From positions 1 to 62,573 of the forward strand of contig JAHHHA010000035.1 of assembly GCA_019359615.1 (NCBI GenBank): 62,573 bases of DNA, given 5' to 3'. Shown here piece by piece: positions 1 to 9,498 of this stretch. Within the stretch, counting starts at the first letter, position 1; the number at the start of each line of letters is the position of its first letter. A model generated the notes under the pieces. It was not told where the DNA came from, did no database searches, and worked only from the letters and a program-made list of their open reading frames with translations. The DNA is from Cyanosarcina radialis HA8281-LM2. GTDB taxonomy: Bacteria; Cyanobacteriota; Cyanobacteriia; Cyanobacteriales; CCAP-1448. Made by a program: the position numbers and the translations under genes.

Positions 1-251
1 TGACCTCCGATTCGTTCTCCTCTCCTGCTGCTGTCAGTTAGTCCTGTCTTCATTCCCTGTCTATCTCTCCACAGTAGATGATTGTTGTTGTTCTCATTCT
101 TTCCTCTATTTAATGAATTCTCCCTACTTAAAAAGGGGGGGAGTTGCGGCGAGGTTCCCTCGTCATGTAGCTGACACCAAGGAGGGGGAAGCTCTCAAAG
201 TCCCCCTTTTTAAGGGGGATTTAGGGTGAGAGCAAAAAGCGCGATCGCTAC

Positions 252-2363
252 TTATCCATTTGGCGGTTTAGGCTGACGATTTTGCAGGTTCGCCAATAAC
301 TCAGGCGGTACTACTGGAGGAAGCTCTATCTGCGGTACATTTGTCTCCCCATTAGGTTCGGCAGCAGCTACCGATGGCGGCTTGCCGTTGCGATTTTGAT
401 TCCACAGCAACATCGTCAGCAATCCATCTACTAAACCGTTGCTGCCACCATTACCGCTAACTAAAACATCCGGGATTAAACGCACCTGGCGATCGCCGAT
501 AATCTGCATTAGTTGCATGGCAGTGTAACCTTGCTCTCCCAAAGCTTCTACCCCAGCGCGATAGGTTTCAGCTTTGGCATTACCAGTAGCCCGAATCCCT
601 TCAGCTTCGGCACCAGCTTTCAGCTTGGTAGACTCAGCCTCACCAGTGGCTTGCTTGATTTGGGCGTTAGCTTTCAACTCTGCCATCTTGACGCTTTGTT
701 CCGATTTCACCATCTCTTGTTGGATGTCGGCTAAAGCCGTTTCCCGCACCAGTTGCTGGCGCTGGGTTTGAGCTAGCTGTTGCACTTCATACGTTTTCCG
801 CTGCTCTTCGGCAATTTTGCGCTCGGTTTGAGTTTGCATCAATTGCGCTGGCGGTTCGATATCGCCAATTAAAGTATCGATCGCCTGTACGTCGTAACTG
901 CGTAAAGCGGTTTTGATATACTCAGCCGCCTCCGATTGGCGTTCGCTGCGGGCGCTCAAGAAGTCCAGTACGGTATAGTCTTGGGCCGAATTGCGGAAAT
1001 AGTTGCCGATAGTTGGCTCTAATACGTGGTCTACCAAATTCTGCATCGAGCCGACGCGAGAAATCACCTTGGGAGCATCCAACGCACCGACATGGATGAT
1101 TTGAGCGATCTCTAAATCGAAGGCAAACCCATCTCTAGAACGCACGGTGAGCGAAGACAGTTTGTTGTCGTAATTATGCCTTTCAGTGCGCCCCGACCAG
1201 TTGAGGACGATATTAGTAGTGGGTACTAATTCGACCTTCATGATCCGCGTGTTGAGCGGGTGTTTGCCGGGGTAAAGGGGTTCTACCCATACGCCCTTGT
1301 CTCCCGACTTGACTAAATTGCCATGGGTAAAAGCCACACCGCTGACATCTTGTTGGGCACTGCCTACGAACGAAATTACCACGCCTACATAGCCTATAGG
1401 GATTTCGGTCATTGGCACTTGTTCGACATTGACAAACCAAGGATTGAGGTTCCAAGAACCAGAAAGCAAGATCTGCTCTTGCAAGCCCCTCTGTCCGCCG
1501 CCATTGGTGAATTTCTGACCGTTTTGGAAGTTATCGTGTCCCGGAACGATCGGCCCGGCGATCGCACCAGCGGGAATGGGAGCGCCGTCTAGGGTGGTGA
1601 CGATGCCTACTTTATCCGATGCTACTGTATGCACCCGCAACAATTCGGCTCTCATGTCATTTTTGGTGGCATTCTCGGCAGTAATCACCTTGAATAAAGC
1701 CGTGTTAATCCGGTAAGTACCAGCAGTTAGAAAGCCCAATTGCCGACCTTTTTCTCCCCCTGAGAGCAAGAATTTTCGCGCATCTTGGAAATTGTCGCAC
1801 TCGACCACTTTCCCCAAAATTCTTTCTGGAGGAATGGATGTGCCATCGGCGGCTACCAGCAAAGCGATTTCGCTTTGAGGCACTACAGTTACGGATTCTT
1901 TGCGGATGGCATACTGCCAAGGCCAATAACCCCAGTGCCAACCTGGTGCTAAGGTATCGGCTTGATATCCAGCTTCACCTTTGAGGGCAATCAAACGCCC
2001 TGGCGGTAGACCTTTACCCGTGACGGTAAATTTCTTGACGACAATACCTACTTCCCGTTCGCCGATCACTACTAAGCCGCCAAAGAATAGCGGCAAAAAG
2101 ATGACTAAACCGCCCACTACAATAATCGGAATTAATGGTATTTCTGCTCGTTGGACGATCGCTCGCTCTGCGACTGCATCCGATTTGGCTTCGGCTGCCA
2201 TTGCCGTCGCTGCGGTGTTTGACCCTTGGTCGGCTTTTACTAAAGTTGGATTAACCGCTTGGATGCCACCTGCGATCGCCATCGAAGCTACTGCGGACGA
2301 GGCGAGTTGCAGCACTCTTCGAGACAGTCGCGACGACTGCCGCACATTTATGAAACTGTTCAT
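252..2363 (-). CDS. Flotillin-like SPFH/band-7 membrane protein with a long C-terminal coiled-coil (YqiK/FloA family)
   Basis: 703-aa ORF. It has an N-terminal TM segment, an SPFH-like core (…KVELVPTTNIVLNWSGRTE…SLTVRSRDGFAFDLEIAQIIHV…) and a Gln/Ala/Glu-rich coiled-coil tail typical of flotillins. Confidence 0.8.
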   Translation of the reverse strand: MNSFINVRQSSRLSRRVLQLASSAVASMAIAGGIQAVNPTLVKADQGSNTAATAMAAEAKSDAVAERAIVQRAEIPLIPIIVVGGLVIFLPLFFGGLVVIGEREVGIVVKKFTVTGKGLPPGRLIALKGEAGYQADTLAPGWHWGYWPWQYAIRKESVTVVPQSEIALLVAADGTSIPPERILGKVVECDNFQDARKFLLSGGEKGRQLGFLTAGTYRINTALFKVITAENATKNDMRAELLRVHTVASDKVGIVTTLDGAPIPAGAIAGPIVPGHDNFQNGQKFTNGGGQRGLQEQILLSGSWNLNPWFVNVEQVPMTEIPIGYVGVVISFVGSAQQDVSGVAFTHGNLVKSGDKGVWVEPLYPGKHPLNTRIMKVELVPTTNIVLNWSGRTERHNYDNKLSSLTVRSRDGFAFDLEIAQIIHVGALDAPKVISRVGSMQNLVDHVLEPTIGNYFRNSAQDYTVLDFLSARSERQSEAAEYIKTALRSYDVQAIDTLIGDIEPPAQLMQTQTERKIAEEQRKTYEVQQLAQTQRQQLVRETALADIQQEMVKSEQSVKMAELKANAQIKQATGEAESTKLKAGAEAEGIRATGNAKAETYRAGVEALGEQGYTAMQLMQIIGDRQVRLIPDVLVSGNGGSNGLVDGLLTMLLWNQNRNGKPPSVAAAEPNGETNVPQIELPPVVPPELLANLQNRQPKPPNG

Positions 2364-2523
2364 ATTTCCTATCGGGGATAGTTGACAAATTCCCCCTCTT
2401 TATCTACAATCGCTAACCTAACATTTCCCCAATTAGTTAGCCAAATTCTTAATCTTTCCTTCCAACAGGGCGATCGCCAAGCGTCTATAGAAGAGGCGCT
2501 CTCTCGCAAATGAGATCTTCAAA

Positions 2524-2922
2524 GTGAGGCGATTGCGATCGATAATTAGCTCTGAAACCCTCAGAAATCGACTTATAGTGGCTCAATTACCAGATGAAAC
2601 CATAGTTGCTGTTCTCAACTTGCAGCAACAATTGCTGACCATTATGAATCAAGCAACAGCTACAGAATTCTTGATTCTAGAACAGTACGGGGAGACAGAG
2701 GCAACATTAATAGACCTAGACCAGCTTCAGAATATTAACGAACGAGCAGATACTTATTATTCAAGGTTCTACACCCTTTTGCGCCAGATTGTAAAAGCTC
2801 AACCAAAAGCTAATACTGCTATGCTAGATTTATTAGCTCGTTCTATTGAAGAGGCGGAGCTTACTGTAGATGCCCTAAACGCTAGCATTCAGGAAATCAA
2901 ACAGGACTGGAATATATTATGA
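2524..2922 (+). CDS. Hypothetical protein (132 aa), first gene of an overlapping two-gene unit
   Basis: Clean ORF with no recognisable motif. Its 3' end overlaps the next ORF by ATGA, suggesting translational coupling. Confidence 0.45.
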   Translation: MRRLRSIISSETLRNRLIVAQLPDETIVAVLNLQQQLLTIMNQATATEFLILEQYGETEATLIDLDQLQNINERADTYYSRFYTLLRQIVKAQPKANTAMLDLLARSIEEAELTVDALNASIQEIKQDWNIL

Positions 2923-3113
2923 AAGATAATCCAAATCTTCCCGATCTTAAAAAAGTTAAAGAAAGAGCAGCAGAAATCGAGAAAATATGCAAACGGGCAG
3001 ATGCAAATATATTAATTTTAGACGACATCATTGCCCAATTAGATGAGGATATTCGTTCTTCGCCTGTTTATCAATATAGATTGAAGCGAGCCAAGCAGTT
3101 ACTAAGTAACTGA
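2919..3113 (+). CDS. Hypothetical small protein (64 aa), charged and helical
   Basis: ORF start overlaps the stop of the upstream ORF (ATGA). No recognisable family. Confidence 0.35.
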   Translation: MKDNPNLPDLKKVKERAAEIEKICKRADANILILDDIIAQLDEDIRSSPVYQYRLKRAKQLLSN

Positions 3114-3380
3114 GCAAATTTTCAAAAATTTATAGCGAGTCTAAATTATTTGTAAACTTTTTAATCTTCCCTTCTAAGGGGCGATCGCTTTGGCTGGAGT
3201 TAGGGAAGCATCGCGTTAAGATTCATTGCGATCGCGGCCCTTTTTAAACTGAAGAGCGAGAATTAGCTCTTGACTAGATCGCATATCTAGTGTTTGACTA
3301 AGATAATCATCAAGTAAACACGCTAGATGTTGTCTGATAGCCGGATAGAGCAGCAGGAATGCGCCAAGTCCAGATAATAG

Positions 3381-3947
3381 ATGGCAGGCGATCGCATTGG
3401 TATTGAATCTATGGTGGCACAGTTAGAAAGTCGGGCTTTGAATTCATCGGTTCCCCTACCTTATACGGTGGAAGGATCGATCCAAGTTTTTACCTGCTCC
3501 CACCGCAGCTTTTTTACCAACGTTATGGCCCAAGCCCTGAGAATTTCCGGGCAAGGAACGCGGGTACTAGTGGTGCAGTTTCTCAAAGGAGGAATTCATC
3601 AAGGGCACGAACATCCGGTGCGATTGGGACTTAACCTCGATTGGCTGCGCTGCAACCTCCCTCGGTGTATCGATACTCCTCAACTCGATGCCGCAGAAAC
3701 CGATGCTTTGCTGCAACTTTGGCAACATACTCAAAAAACGGTTCTAGAGGGGCAATACTCTCTGGTAGTGCTAGATGAAGTCAGTTTAGCGATTAACTTT
3801 GGTTTGCTGCCGGAAAAAGAAGTTTTAGCTTTTCTGGAAAAACGCCCCTCAGATGTCGATATCATCTTAACCGGGCCCGATATGCCACCAGCTATTCTCG
3901 ATGTTGCCGATCAAATTACAGAAATTCGACGCGATCGCTCTTCGTGA
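3381..3947 (+). CDS. CobA/CobO/BtuR-like corrinoid adenosyltransferase homolog with a degenerate Walker A
   Basis: The 188-aa protein aligns by eye to the BtuR/CobA family. VFTCSHRSFF…VLVVQFLKGG matches VFTGNGKGKTTAA…VGVVQFIKG. LVVLDEVSLAINFGLLPEKEV…DIILTGPDMPPAILDVADQITEIR matches VVLDELTYMVAYDYLPLEEV…VIITGRGCHRDILDLADTVSELR. The GKGKT P-loop is replaced by CSHRSF. Confidence 0.65.
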   Translation: MAGDRIGIESMVAQLESRALNSSVPLPYTVEGSIQVFTCSHRSFFTNVMAQALRISGQGTRVLVVQFLKGGIHQGHEHPVRLGLNLDWLRCNLPRCIDTPQLDAAETDALLQLWQHTQKTVLEGQYSLVVLDEVSLAINFGLLPEKEVLAFLEKRPSDVDIILTGPDMPPAILDVADQITEIRRDRSS

Positions 3948-3998
3948 GGGCGAGAGGGGAGATGGGGAGAGAAAGCAATGAACAATCAACCATGAACG

Positions 3999-4598
3999 AT
4001 GATCGAGAACGATAAATGGATCGCTCAAATGGCACAGCAGGGAATGATTTCTCCCTTTGAGCCAAATTTAGTCCGTAAATATCAGGCAGATCCGAACTCA
4101 CCCGTTCGTCCTGTAATCAGCTACGGCCTTTCTTCCTATGGCTACGATATCCGCCTGTCGCCGAAAGAATTTCGCATTTTTCGCCACATTCCTGGAACTG
4201 TAGTCGATCCGAAAAACTTTAATCCTCAAAATCTCGAACCGACTTCGCTGCATACCGACGATAGCGGTAGTTACTTTATCCTTCCGGCTCATTCCTATGG
4301 GCTAGGAGTGGCACTGGAAAGGTTACAAGTTCCAGATAATATTACGGTTATCTGTATCGGCAAAAGCTCGTATGCCCGTTGTGGAATAATTGCCAATCTA
4401 ACTCCCGCCGAAGCAGCATGGCGCGGCCATTTGACTTTAGAATTTTCTAATTCTTCTAGTGCTGATTGTCGAATTTATGCTTCGGAAGGTGTAGTGCAAT
4501 TGCTGTTTTTTGAAGGCGAACCCTGTGCGATCAGTTACGAAACCCGCCAGGGGAAATATCAAGATCAGGCAGAAATTGTTACCTTGGCTAGAGTTTGA
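3999..4598 (+). CDS. dcd: dCTP deaminase
   Basis: 199-aa ORF with the dCTP deaminase/dUTPase fold signature (…ISYGLSSYGYDIRL…SYFILPAHSYGLGVALERLQVP…TLEFSNSS…). Confidence 0.85.
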   Translation: MIENDKWIAQMAQQGMISPFEPNLVRKYQADPNSPVRPVISYGLSSYGYDIRLSPKEFRIFRHIPGTVVDPKNFNPQNLEPTSLHTDDSGSYFILPAHSYGLGVALERLQVPDNITVICIGKSSYARCGIIANLTPAEAAWRGHLTLEFSNSSSADCRIYASEGVVQLLFFEGEPCAISYETRQGKYQDQAEIVTLARV

Positions 4599-4988
4599 GA
4601 GGAATTTATGCTTCGGAAGGTGTAGTGCAATGGCTATTTTTGAAGGCGAACCCCGTGCGATCGGTTACGAAACCCGCCAGGGGAAATATCAAGATCGGGC
4701 AGAAATTGTTACCTTGGCTAGAGTTTGAGAGGAATTTATGCTTCGGAAGGTGTAGTGCAATGGCTATTTTTTGAAGGCGAACCCCGTGCGATCGGTTACG
4801 AAACCCGCCAGGGGAAATATCAAGATCGGGCAGAAATTGTTACCTTGGCTAGAGTTTGAGAGGAATTTATGCTTCGGAAGGTGTAGTGCAATGGCTATTT
4901 TTTGAAGGCGAACCCCGTGCGATCGGTTACGAAACCCGCCAGGGGAAATATCGAGATCGAGCCGAAATCGCCACCTTGGCTAGAGTTT
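4469..4988. repeat. Four tandem copies of a ~130-bp unit: the authentic 3' end of dcd plus three downstream copies
   Basis: The unit gaggaatttatgcttcggaaggtgtagtgcaatggctatttttgaaggcgaaccccgtgcgatcggttacgaaacccgccaggggaaatatcaagatcgggcagaaattgttaccttggctagagtttga is read directly at about 4469-4598, 4599-4728, 4729-4859 and 4860-4988. The last copy is the most diverged. Confidence 0.9.
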
Positions 4989-5021
4989 AGTGCGATCGCA
5001 CGGGTGGTGATGTTGGTGGTG

Positions 5022-5078
5022 CGGATTGACACCGTGTAGAGACGCAAGATCTCACGTCTCTACATTATCGAACGTGGA
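5022..5078. repeat. REP-like palindromic element (gtagagacg-N10-cgtctctac with conserved flanks ttgacaccgtg…)
   Basis: Inverted repeat GTAGAGACG/CGTCTCTAC is directly visible. The flank gcggattgacaccgtg is shared with copies near 8440 and 8935. Confidence 0.7.
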
Positions 5079-5079
5079 G

Positions 5080-7899
5080 TTAATTCACCCTGGCGCGGAA
5101 ACGCACAAAACCGTAGGAATTATATGGACTGGGTGGGTAGGTATTTCCTGTAGAGGCAGGTAAAGATGTAGCTCCTTCAACTACTTTGACGACTACAGCA
5201 CCATTGGTATTTGCCGCCTGTCCCGATGATGTGACGTTACCAGAATTATCGAACTTTTTGCAGACGGTAGGCGTAGTGGCATCGCCCGCAGCATAAGAGC
5301 GCCCAGCATCGGCATCAGATGCATTCGTCAACAAGCTGTTAGGAGCAGTTGGTAAAGCAGAGCTATTTAAAGCTAAACCAATACCTGAATTAGCGTTATA
5401 TGTATTGGCGACAAATGTTTGATTGGTTGGGACTAAATCGCAAACTGTGATATTTTTGGCTGTTGTTATTGTATTCAGGAAGTAGATCGTGTACTCAACT
5501 ACATCACCTGGTTTGACATTTCCACCACTAATTGCCCCTCGCAAATAAGTATTTTTAGTAGCAGGCCAATTAGCATGATCGTCATCTGTAGTGCCACTAT
5601 CGTTAACAAATACGTTTAAGGGAGTGTTATCGTTGGGATTTTTGGCACTGTCGCCATTAATTGCTGTGATGCGTTTGACTAAGAGTAATTTGGGTTGCAG
5701 AACGATGTTCAAGGCATAATCTTCTACTTCCCCATAGCTACCGCCGCCTGTAGGATTACTGGCAGTCATAGGAGTTTGATTCAAACGCAACCGAACGTAG
5801 GTTTGCCCATTAGTCAGTCCGCTCAAACCCGTCCAGTTGAGAGTGACATTACCATTAGTACCATTAGTAATAGTTTGAGCCACTCCTTCGCTGGCTTCAA
5901 ATTTGCCATTCCTATTAAAGTCAATCCAACCGACTAAGTAAGCGTTTTGACCCGTAGTATTATTAACTTTCACGGATACGCTGTAGCTGGTACTAGTGGT
6001 TGGTAAAGGATTAAAGCTGCTGACTGCATCTTCATCGTCAGTACCAGTCGTATCGTCACCATTAGCATTGGTGTTAGGGTTGCCATCTGTTTCTTTATCG
6101 GTAGCAACTGTACCTAAGTAAAGGTTATTCCTCAAAATGTGGCTGGCAGCGCTTCCTCCAGTGGCAATATCTTTATTGGTGCCATAGGTGTCTGGAGCAT
6201 CACCAAAGTCAGTATCATCTCCATCGATCAGAATGACTGGAGTTTGGGCAACTGTAAACTTGCCATAAACATAAGTATCGATATATCTGCCGTTGCCAAA
6301 AGAGTTACTATTATCTCCAAAACCTCCACCACTACCTGTTATTCCCCAAGTATGCGTGCCTCCTAACGTCCCGCTGGGAAGAGTAGTGGTCGCTCCTGAA
6401 GGATTGCTCAACCCGGTTTTATCGTCCCAGTAAACTTCTGTTTGAGAAGTGGCTGCACCCGATATGGCTTTATTGATAGTCAACCCAAAAGTAGTCGGTC
6501 CGCTATTTTCCACATCACCCGCAATAAAGTGATATTCTCCCACAATCGCTTGCAATCTTGCTTGATACGTTCCAACTGGAAGGTTAGTTCCGAGATTGGT
6601 TTTCCCATTCCAAAACACGGTCACTTCATTATTGGCATTAGTCTGACCTTTAAGAAACACATCCCCAGACCCATAAATGCCATCGGGGTTAAAACCATTG
6701 TTTGGATCGGCATCATTATCCACATCGATGATAATGGCGTAAGTTCCAGTAGCGTTGGTGGTGAATTTAAAGTTGCCGCTATCTTGTACTCCTGTGGTTA
6801 CTGATGGTGTAATGGTATTATCGACTCCTTGGTTATCTTCAAATCTAAAGTTTTGAATCGTCACCACACTCGCCGCCGATGGCTCTGGGTTTACAGTAGC
6901 TGGATAGCTGAGATATTGTCTGTATTTAGGAGAGACGCTGTTACCAGAAATGGGTACGCTCAAACCTGCGACCGGATTACCAGCAGCATTAGGAGAGTCA
7001 ACTCCTAATTGATTGGCAACCAGTTCGTAGACATATCCGCCAAAATCGTTTAGGTTTAATTGCCAGATATAATTAGTTCCTGGAAATCCGCCTGGAACTC
7101 GAATATAAAGATTGGCATCGGTAGTGTTATCAAAATCATCTGCATTCAAGCCCCAAAGAAACGACCAAAGCCGCCCACTATTGGTCGTAGGATTGGGTGC
7201 CGTGCTGGTATTAGGGGTAACGGAAACATCGAATTGCCGAAAAACGGTGTTTATGTCTGTAAGGCCTGAATTTCTGTTATATAATCTAATTTCATAAACG
7301 CCAGCTTGAGCGGCAGTATGTTGGATACGTCTGCCTCCCCCGTTGGTGCTGGTATCAATATTAGTTAACTGAGCGTATGTACTACAATTAGTGTTGTTGG
7401 CACTAGTTCCAAAACTACCTTGCGATCTATAGTTGGTGGCGTTAGTGGCTGCTGCACCAGCTTGTCCGAAAACTAACGTTCCAGATGCAGGTGGATAACT
7501 AGATCGGGTTCCAGAAAAATCTGCTAGATCGGAACCGACATAATAAATATCTACTTCCCAATCATCCCCAAAAGCGGTACCGCAAGCTGAAACATTAATT
7601 ACTTCTCCGGCTGACTGAATATCTACATAGATGGGTCGGTTGATTCTAGTCAGACCGACAGCACTGATATTTTCATAGGGAGAATCATATTCAAACAAAG
7701 CTTGAAAGGGATCTCCAAGCTGATAGCTGCCTTCAGCCGCAGCCGGTAACGCTACGCCCAGAACCACTAGGGCGCTCAAACTAGTTTTAGCAACGATTCT
7801 AGTCAGCAAAGATGCGATCGCACAATAAGTTTTAGGAGTTCCTTTGCTATTGGCTGAGGGTTGAAGGGATGAATTTTTGTGGAATTGAAATATTGACAT
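5080..7899 (-). CDS. Large secreted Asn/Thr/Gly-rich surface protein with a GEVED domain and a C-terminal DUF11-like repeat
   Basis: 939 aa with an N-terminal signal peptide (…LVVLGVALPAAAEG). The GEVED motif (…SYGEVEDYALNIV) is present. The C-terminal DUF11-like segment is (…VKPGDVVEYTIYFLNT…NITVCDLVP…). Composition is low-complexity N/T/G. Confidence 0.65.
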   Translation of the reverse strand: MSIFQFHKNSSLQPSANSKGTPKTYCAIASLLTRIVAKTSLSALVVLGVALPAAAEGSYQLGDPFQALFEYDSPYENISAVGLTRINRPIYVDIQSAGEVINVSACGTAFGDDWEVDIYYVGSDLADFSGTRSSYPPASGTLVFGQAGAAATNATNYRSQGSFGTSANNTNCSTYAQLTNIDTSTNGGGRRIQHTAAQAGVYEIRLYNRNSGLTDINTVFRQFDVSVTPNTSTAPNPTTNSGRLWSFLWGLNADDFDNTTDANLYIRVPGGFPGTNYIWQLNLNDFGGYVYELVANQLGVDSPNAAGNPVAGLSVPISGNSVSPKYRQYLSYPATVNPEPSAASVVTIQNFRFEDNQGVDNTITPSVTTGVQDSGNFKFTTNATGTYAIIIDVDNDADPNNGFNPDGIYGSGDVFLKGQTNANNEVTVFWNGKTNLGTNLPVGTYQARLQAIVGEYHFIAGDVENSGPTTFGLTINKAISGAATSQTEVYWDDKTGLSNPSGATTTLPSGTLGGTHTWGITGSGGGFGDNSNSFGNGRYIDTYVYGKFTVAQTPVILIDGDDTDFGDAPDTYGTNKDIATGGSAASHILRNNLYLGTVATDKETDGNPNTNANGDDTTGTDDEDAVSSFNPLPTTSTSYSVSVKVNNTTGQNAYLVGWIDFNRNGKFEASEGVAQTITNGTNGNVTLNWTGLSGLTNGQTYVRLRLNQTPMTASNPTGGGSYGEVEDYALNIVLQPKLLLVKRITAINGDSAKNPNDNTPLNVFVNDSGTTDDDHANWPATKNTYLRGAISGGNVKPGDVVEYTIYFLNTITTAKNITVCDLVPTNQTFVANTYNANSGIGLALNSSALPTAPNSLLTNASDADAGRSYAAGDATTPTVCKKFDNSGNVTSSGQAANTNGAVVVKVVEGATSLPASTGNTYPPSPYNSYGFVRFRARVN

Positions 7900-8176
7900 A
7901 GGATTTAACTTAATTTAGCGATCGCAAGTACATAGGTGCTAGAAACCACCCGAAATCCGTCAGCAATTGTGGTAAAAGCTTAGAAACCAAGGTTTTTGTA
8001 TAGGTGCGTATATATCCTAAAAAGTAATTTAAGCGATCGCGCTTGCCCTTCACATCCATATATTTGCGGAATCCTCTGAGCGTTTTGTTTAGTTTTTGGG
8101 GTTTTCACGGATGCAGTATCGGATGTGGGGGTGGTTTAGGAATAGGAGATCGATCTGGTGGGCGATCGACATCCTG

Positions 8177-8202
8177 GGAGACGTTGCATGCAACGTCTCT
8201 AC
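8177..8202. repeat. REP-like palindrome (ggagacgttgcatgcaacgtctctac) overlapping the stop codon of the RAYT gene
   Basis: The hairpin sequence is directly visible. It is the same family as the copies at 8459-8486, 8956-8982 and 27956-27980. Confidence 0.8.
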
Positions 8203-8798
8203 ATCCATAAATTTGTCGGGTTATTTTTATCTGATTCCCATTTGGCTGGGTTGTCGATGATATATTGTCGAATTCGATCTAAGGAACCATCTGCACGGAT
8301 AATATGTTCGTAGAATCGGGTTTGCCAACCAAAATCGCCGCGATCGTTTTTCCGACACCAATGGGTAACGGCAGATTTATACGATCGCACAATTGCACCC
8401 AAAGATTTGGCATTGGGGGAAATGTCAGACATAGATTGACACCGTGCGGATTGACGTTGTAGAGACGTTGCATGCAACGTCTCTACATGGGGTGTAGGCA
8501 CAGACGATAATTCTGCTGGGCGATCGATAACAATAATGCCATGGACGTGGTTCGGCATAACGACCCAGGTATCTATATGTATGTAATTAAAATGCCCTGG
8601 AATATCGACCCAAAATTGTTGGGCAATTTTGCCAATTAGCGATAGTTGCATCTGACTGGCGATAATTTCGCCGAAAAAATGTTGGCGATCGCGGGTGCAG
8701 ATGGTAACGAAATACCAACCATTCGCGGCATAATCGCGATCGGGTAATCTGGTCGATTCTATCCGGTATTTGCCTTGATACCGTGGTGCCGTTGTCAT
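8199..8798 (-). CDS. REP-associated tyrosine transposase (RAYT, IS200/IS605 Y1-HuH family)
   Basis: 199 aa. It has an HuH motif (VMPNHVHGII) and the conserved RAYT N-terminal region (YFVTICTRDRQHFFG). A C-terminal Y-containing region is present (RSYKSAVT…GWQTRFYEHIIR). The gene is flanked on both sides by REP-like palindromes and also contains one. Confidence 0.8.
   Translation of the reverse strand: MTTAPRYQGKYRIESTRLPDRDYAANGWYFVTICTRDRQHFFGEIIASQMQLSLIGKIAQQFWVDIPGHFNYIHIDTWVVMPNHVHGIIVIDRPAELSSVPTPHVETLHATSLQRQSARCQSMSDISPNAKSLGAIVRSYKSAVTHWCRKNDRGDFGWQTRFYEHIIRADGSLDRIRQYIIDNPAKWESDKNNPTNLWM
8436..8515. repeat. REP-like element inside the RAYT coding region (core gtagagacgttgcatgcaacgtctctac at 8459-8486)
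   Basis: Perfect 9-bp inverted repeats around ttgcatgcaa. The insertion is in-frame and is translated as …PHVETLHATSLQ… within the RAYT ORF. Confidence 0.8.
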
Positions 8799-8929
8799 GG
8801 CGAGCGTTTATCTGTTGTGTGAATTGACGTTGCTTTCATTGTTCCCAGTGCGATCGCCTAAATTAATCTAGCGATCTTTAGGTATTAAGGTTGGCGGATA
8901 GATTCGGTTAGCGATCGGGCGACATATAT

Positions 8930-9005
8930 ATTGACACCAGATCGATCGACGTTGTGCAGAGACTTGCATACAACGTCTCTACGTGGGGCGTGGCCATAGA
9001 CGATA
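8930..9005. repeat. REP-like element upstream of RAYT (core gcagagacttgcatacaacgtctctac at 8956-8982)
   Basis: The palindrome and the shared flanks (ttgacacc…gacgttgt…acgtggggcgtggccatagacgat) resemble the 8436-8515 copy. Confidence 0.75.
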
Positions 9006-9498
9006 TATGGGCGCGGGCAATCCAGACAACAGATTTGGGCGATTGCTTCTACTGATGGCAAAGATCTAAATTATTGCCCTCGGTTTTCAACTTCATTAAA
9101 TGCACTCCGCATCAGTATTTACACGGGCAAAAACGATTAAAAAGCCAACTAAAAGCAGTGTTTACACCGTTAAAATATCGCGATCGCTTGCATATTATTA
9201 AACCATGAAAGCTTTTAATTCCCTAATAAATCAAGGATTTGAAGCGCGTAAACCCACCGTTAACTCTCATGAATTACGCTATTTTGCTTAACCAATTAGA
9301 GATGTTTAGCGGACGATAAACCACTAGACTAAATGTCATTTTAGAGATGAGGAGTTGGAATTAGTAAATAAATCAAGTATGAAGACTGTCTATATTTTAT
9401 AGGGCAGAAATCCTCGGTTGATAACGATCGATTCTCCCTCAAACAAGTCCAGATCTATTTAGCAGATTAATTCAGTAAATCAAGGAAATTGCATCTCA

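Noticed and set aside
1981-2385. 134-aa plus-strand ORF
   Set aside because: It lies antisense within the flotillin gene, and its Pro/Thr-rich composition comes from the complementary strand of the flotillin N-terminus.
4510-4728. 72-aa ORF within the dcd tandem repeats
   Set aside because: It is a by-product of the duplicated dcd 3' end and encodes a copy of the dcd C-terminal segment. It is not an independent gene.
4469-4988. Possible CRISPR array (regular direct repeats)
   Set aside because: The units are ~130 bp and contiguous with no unique spacers, and they duplicate the dcd 3' coding end. This is a tandem duplication, not repeat-spacer architecture.
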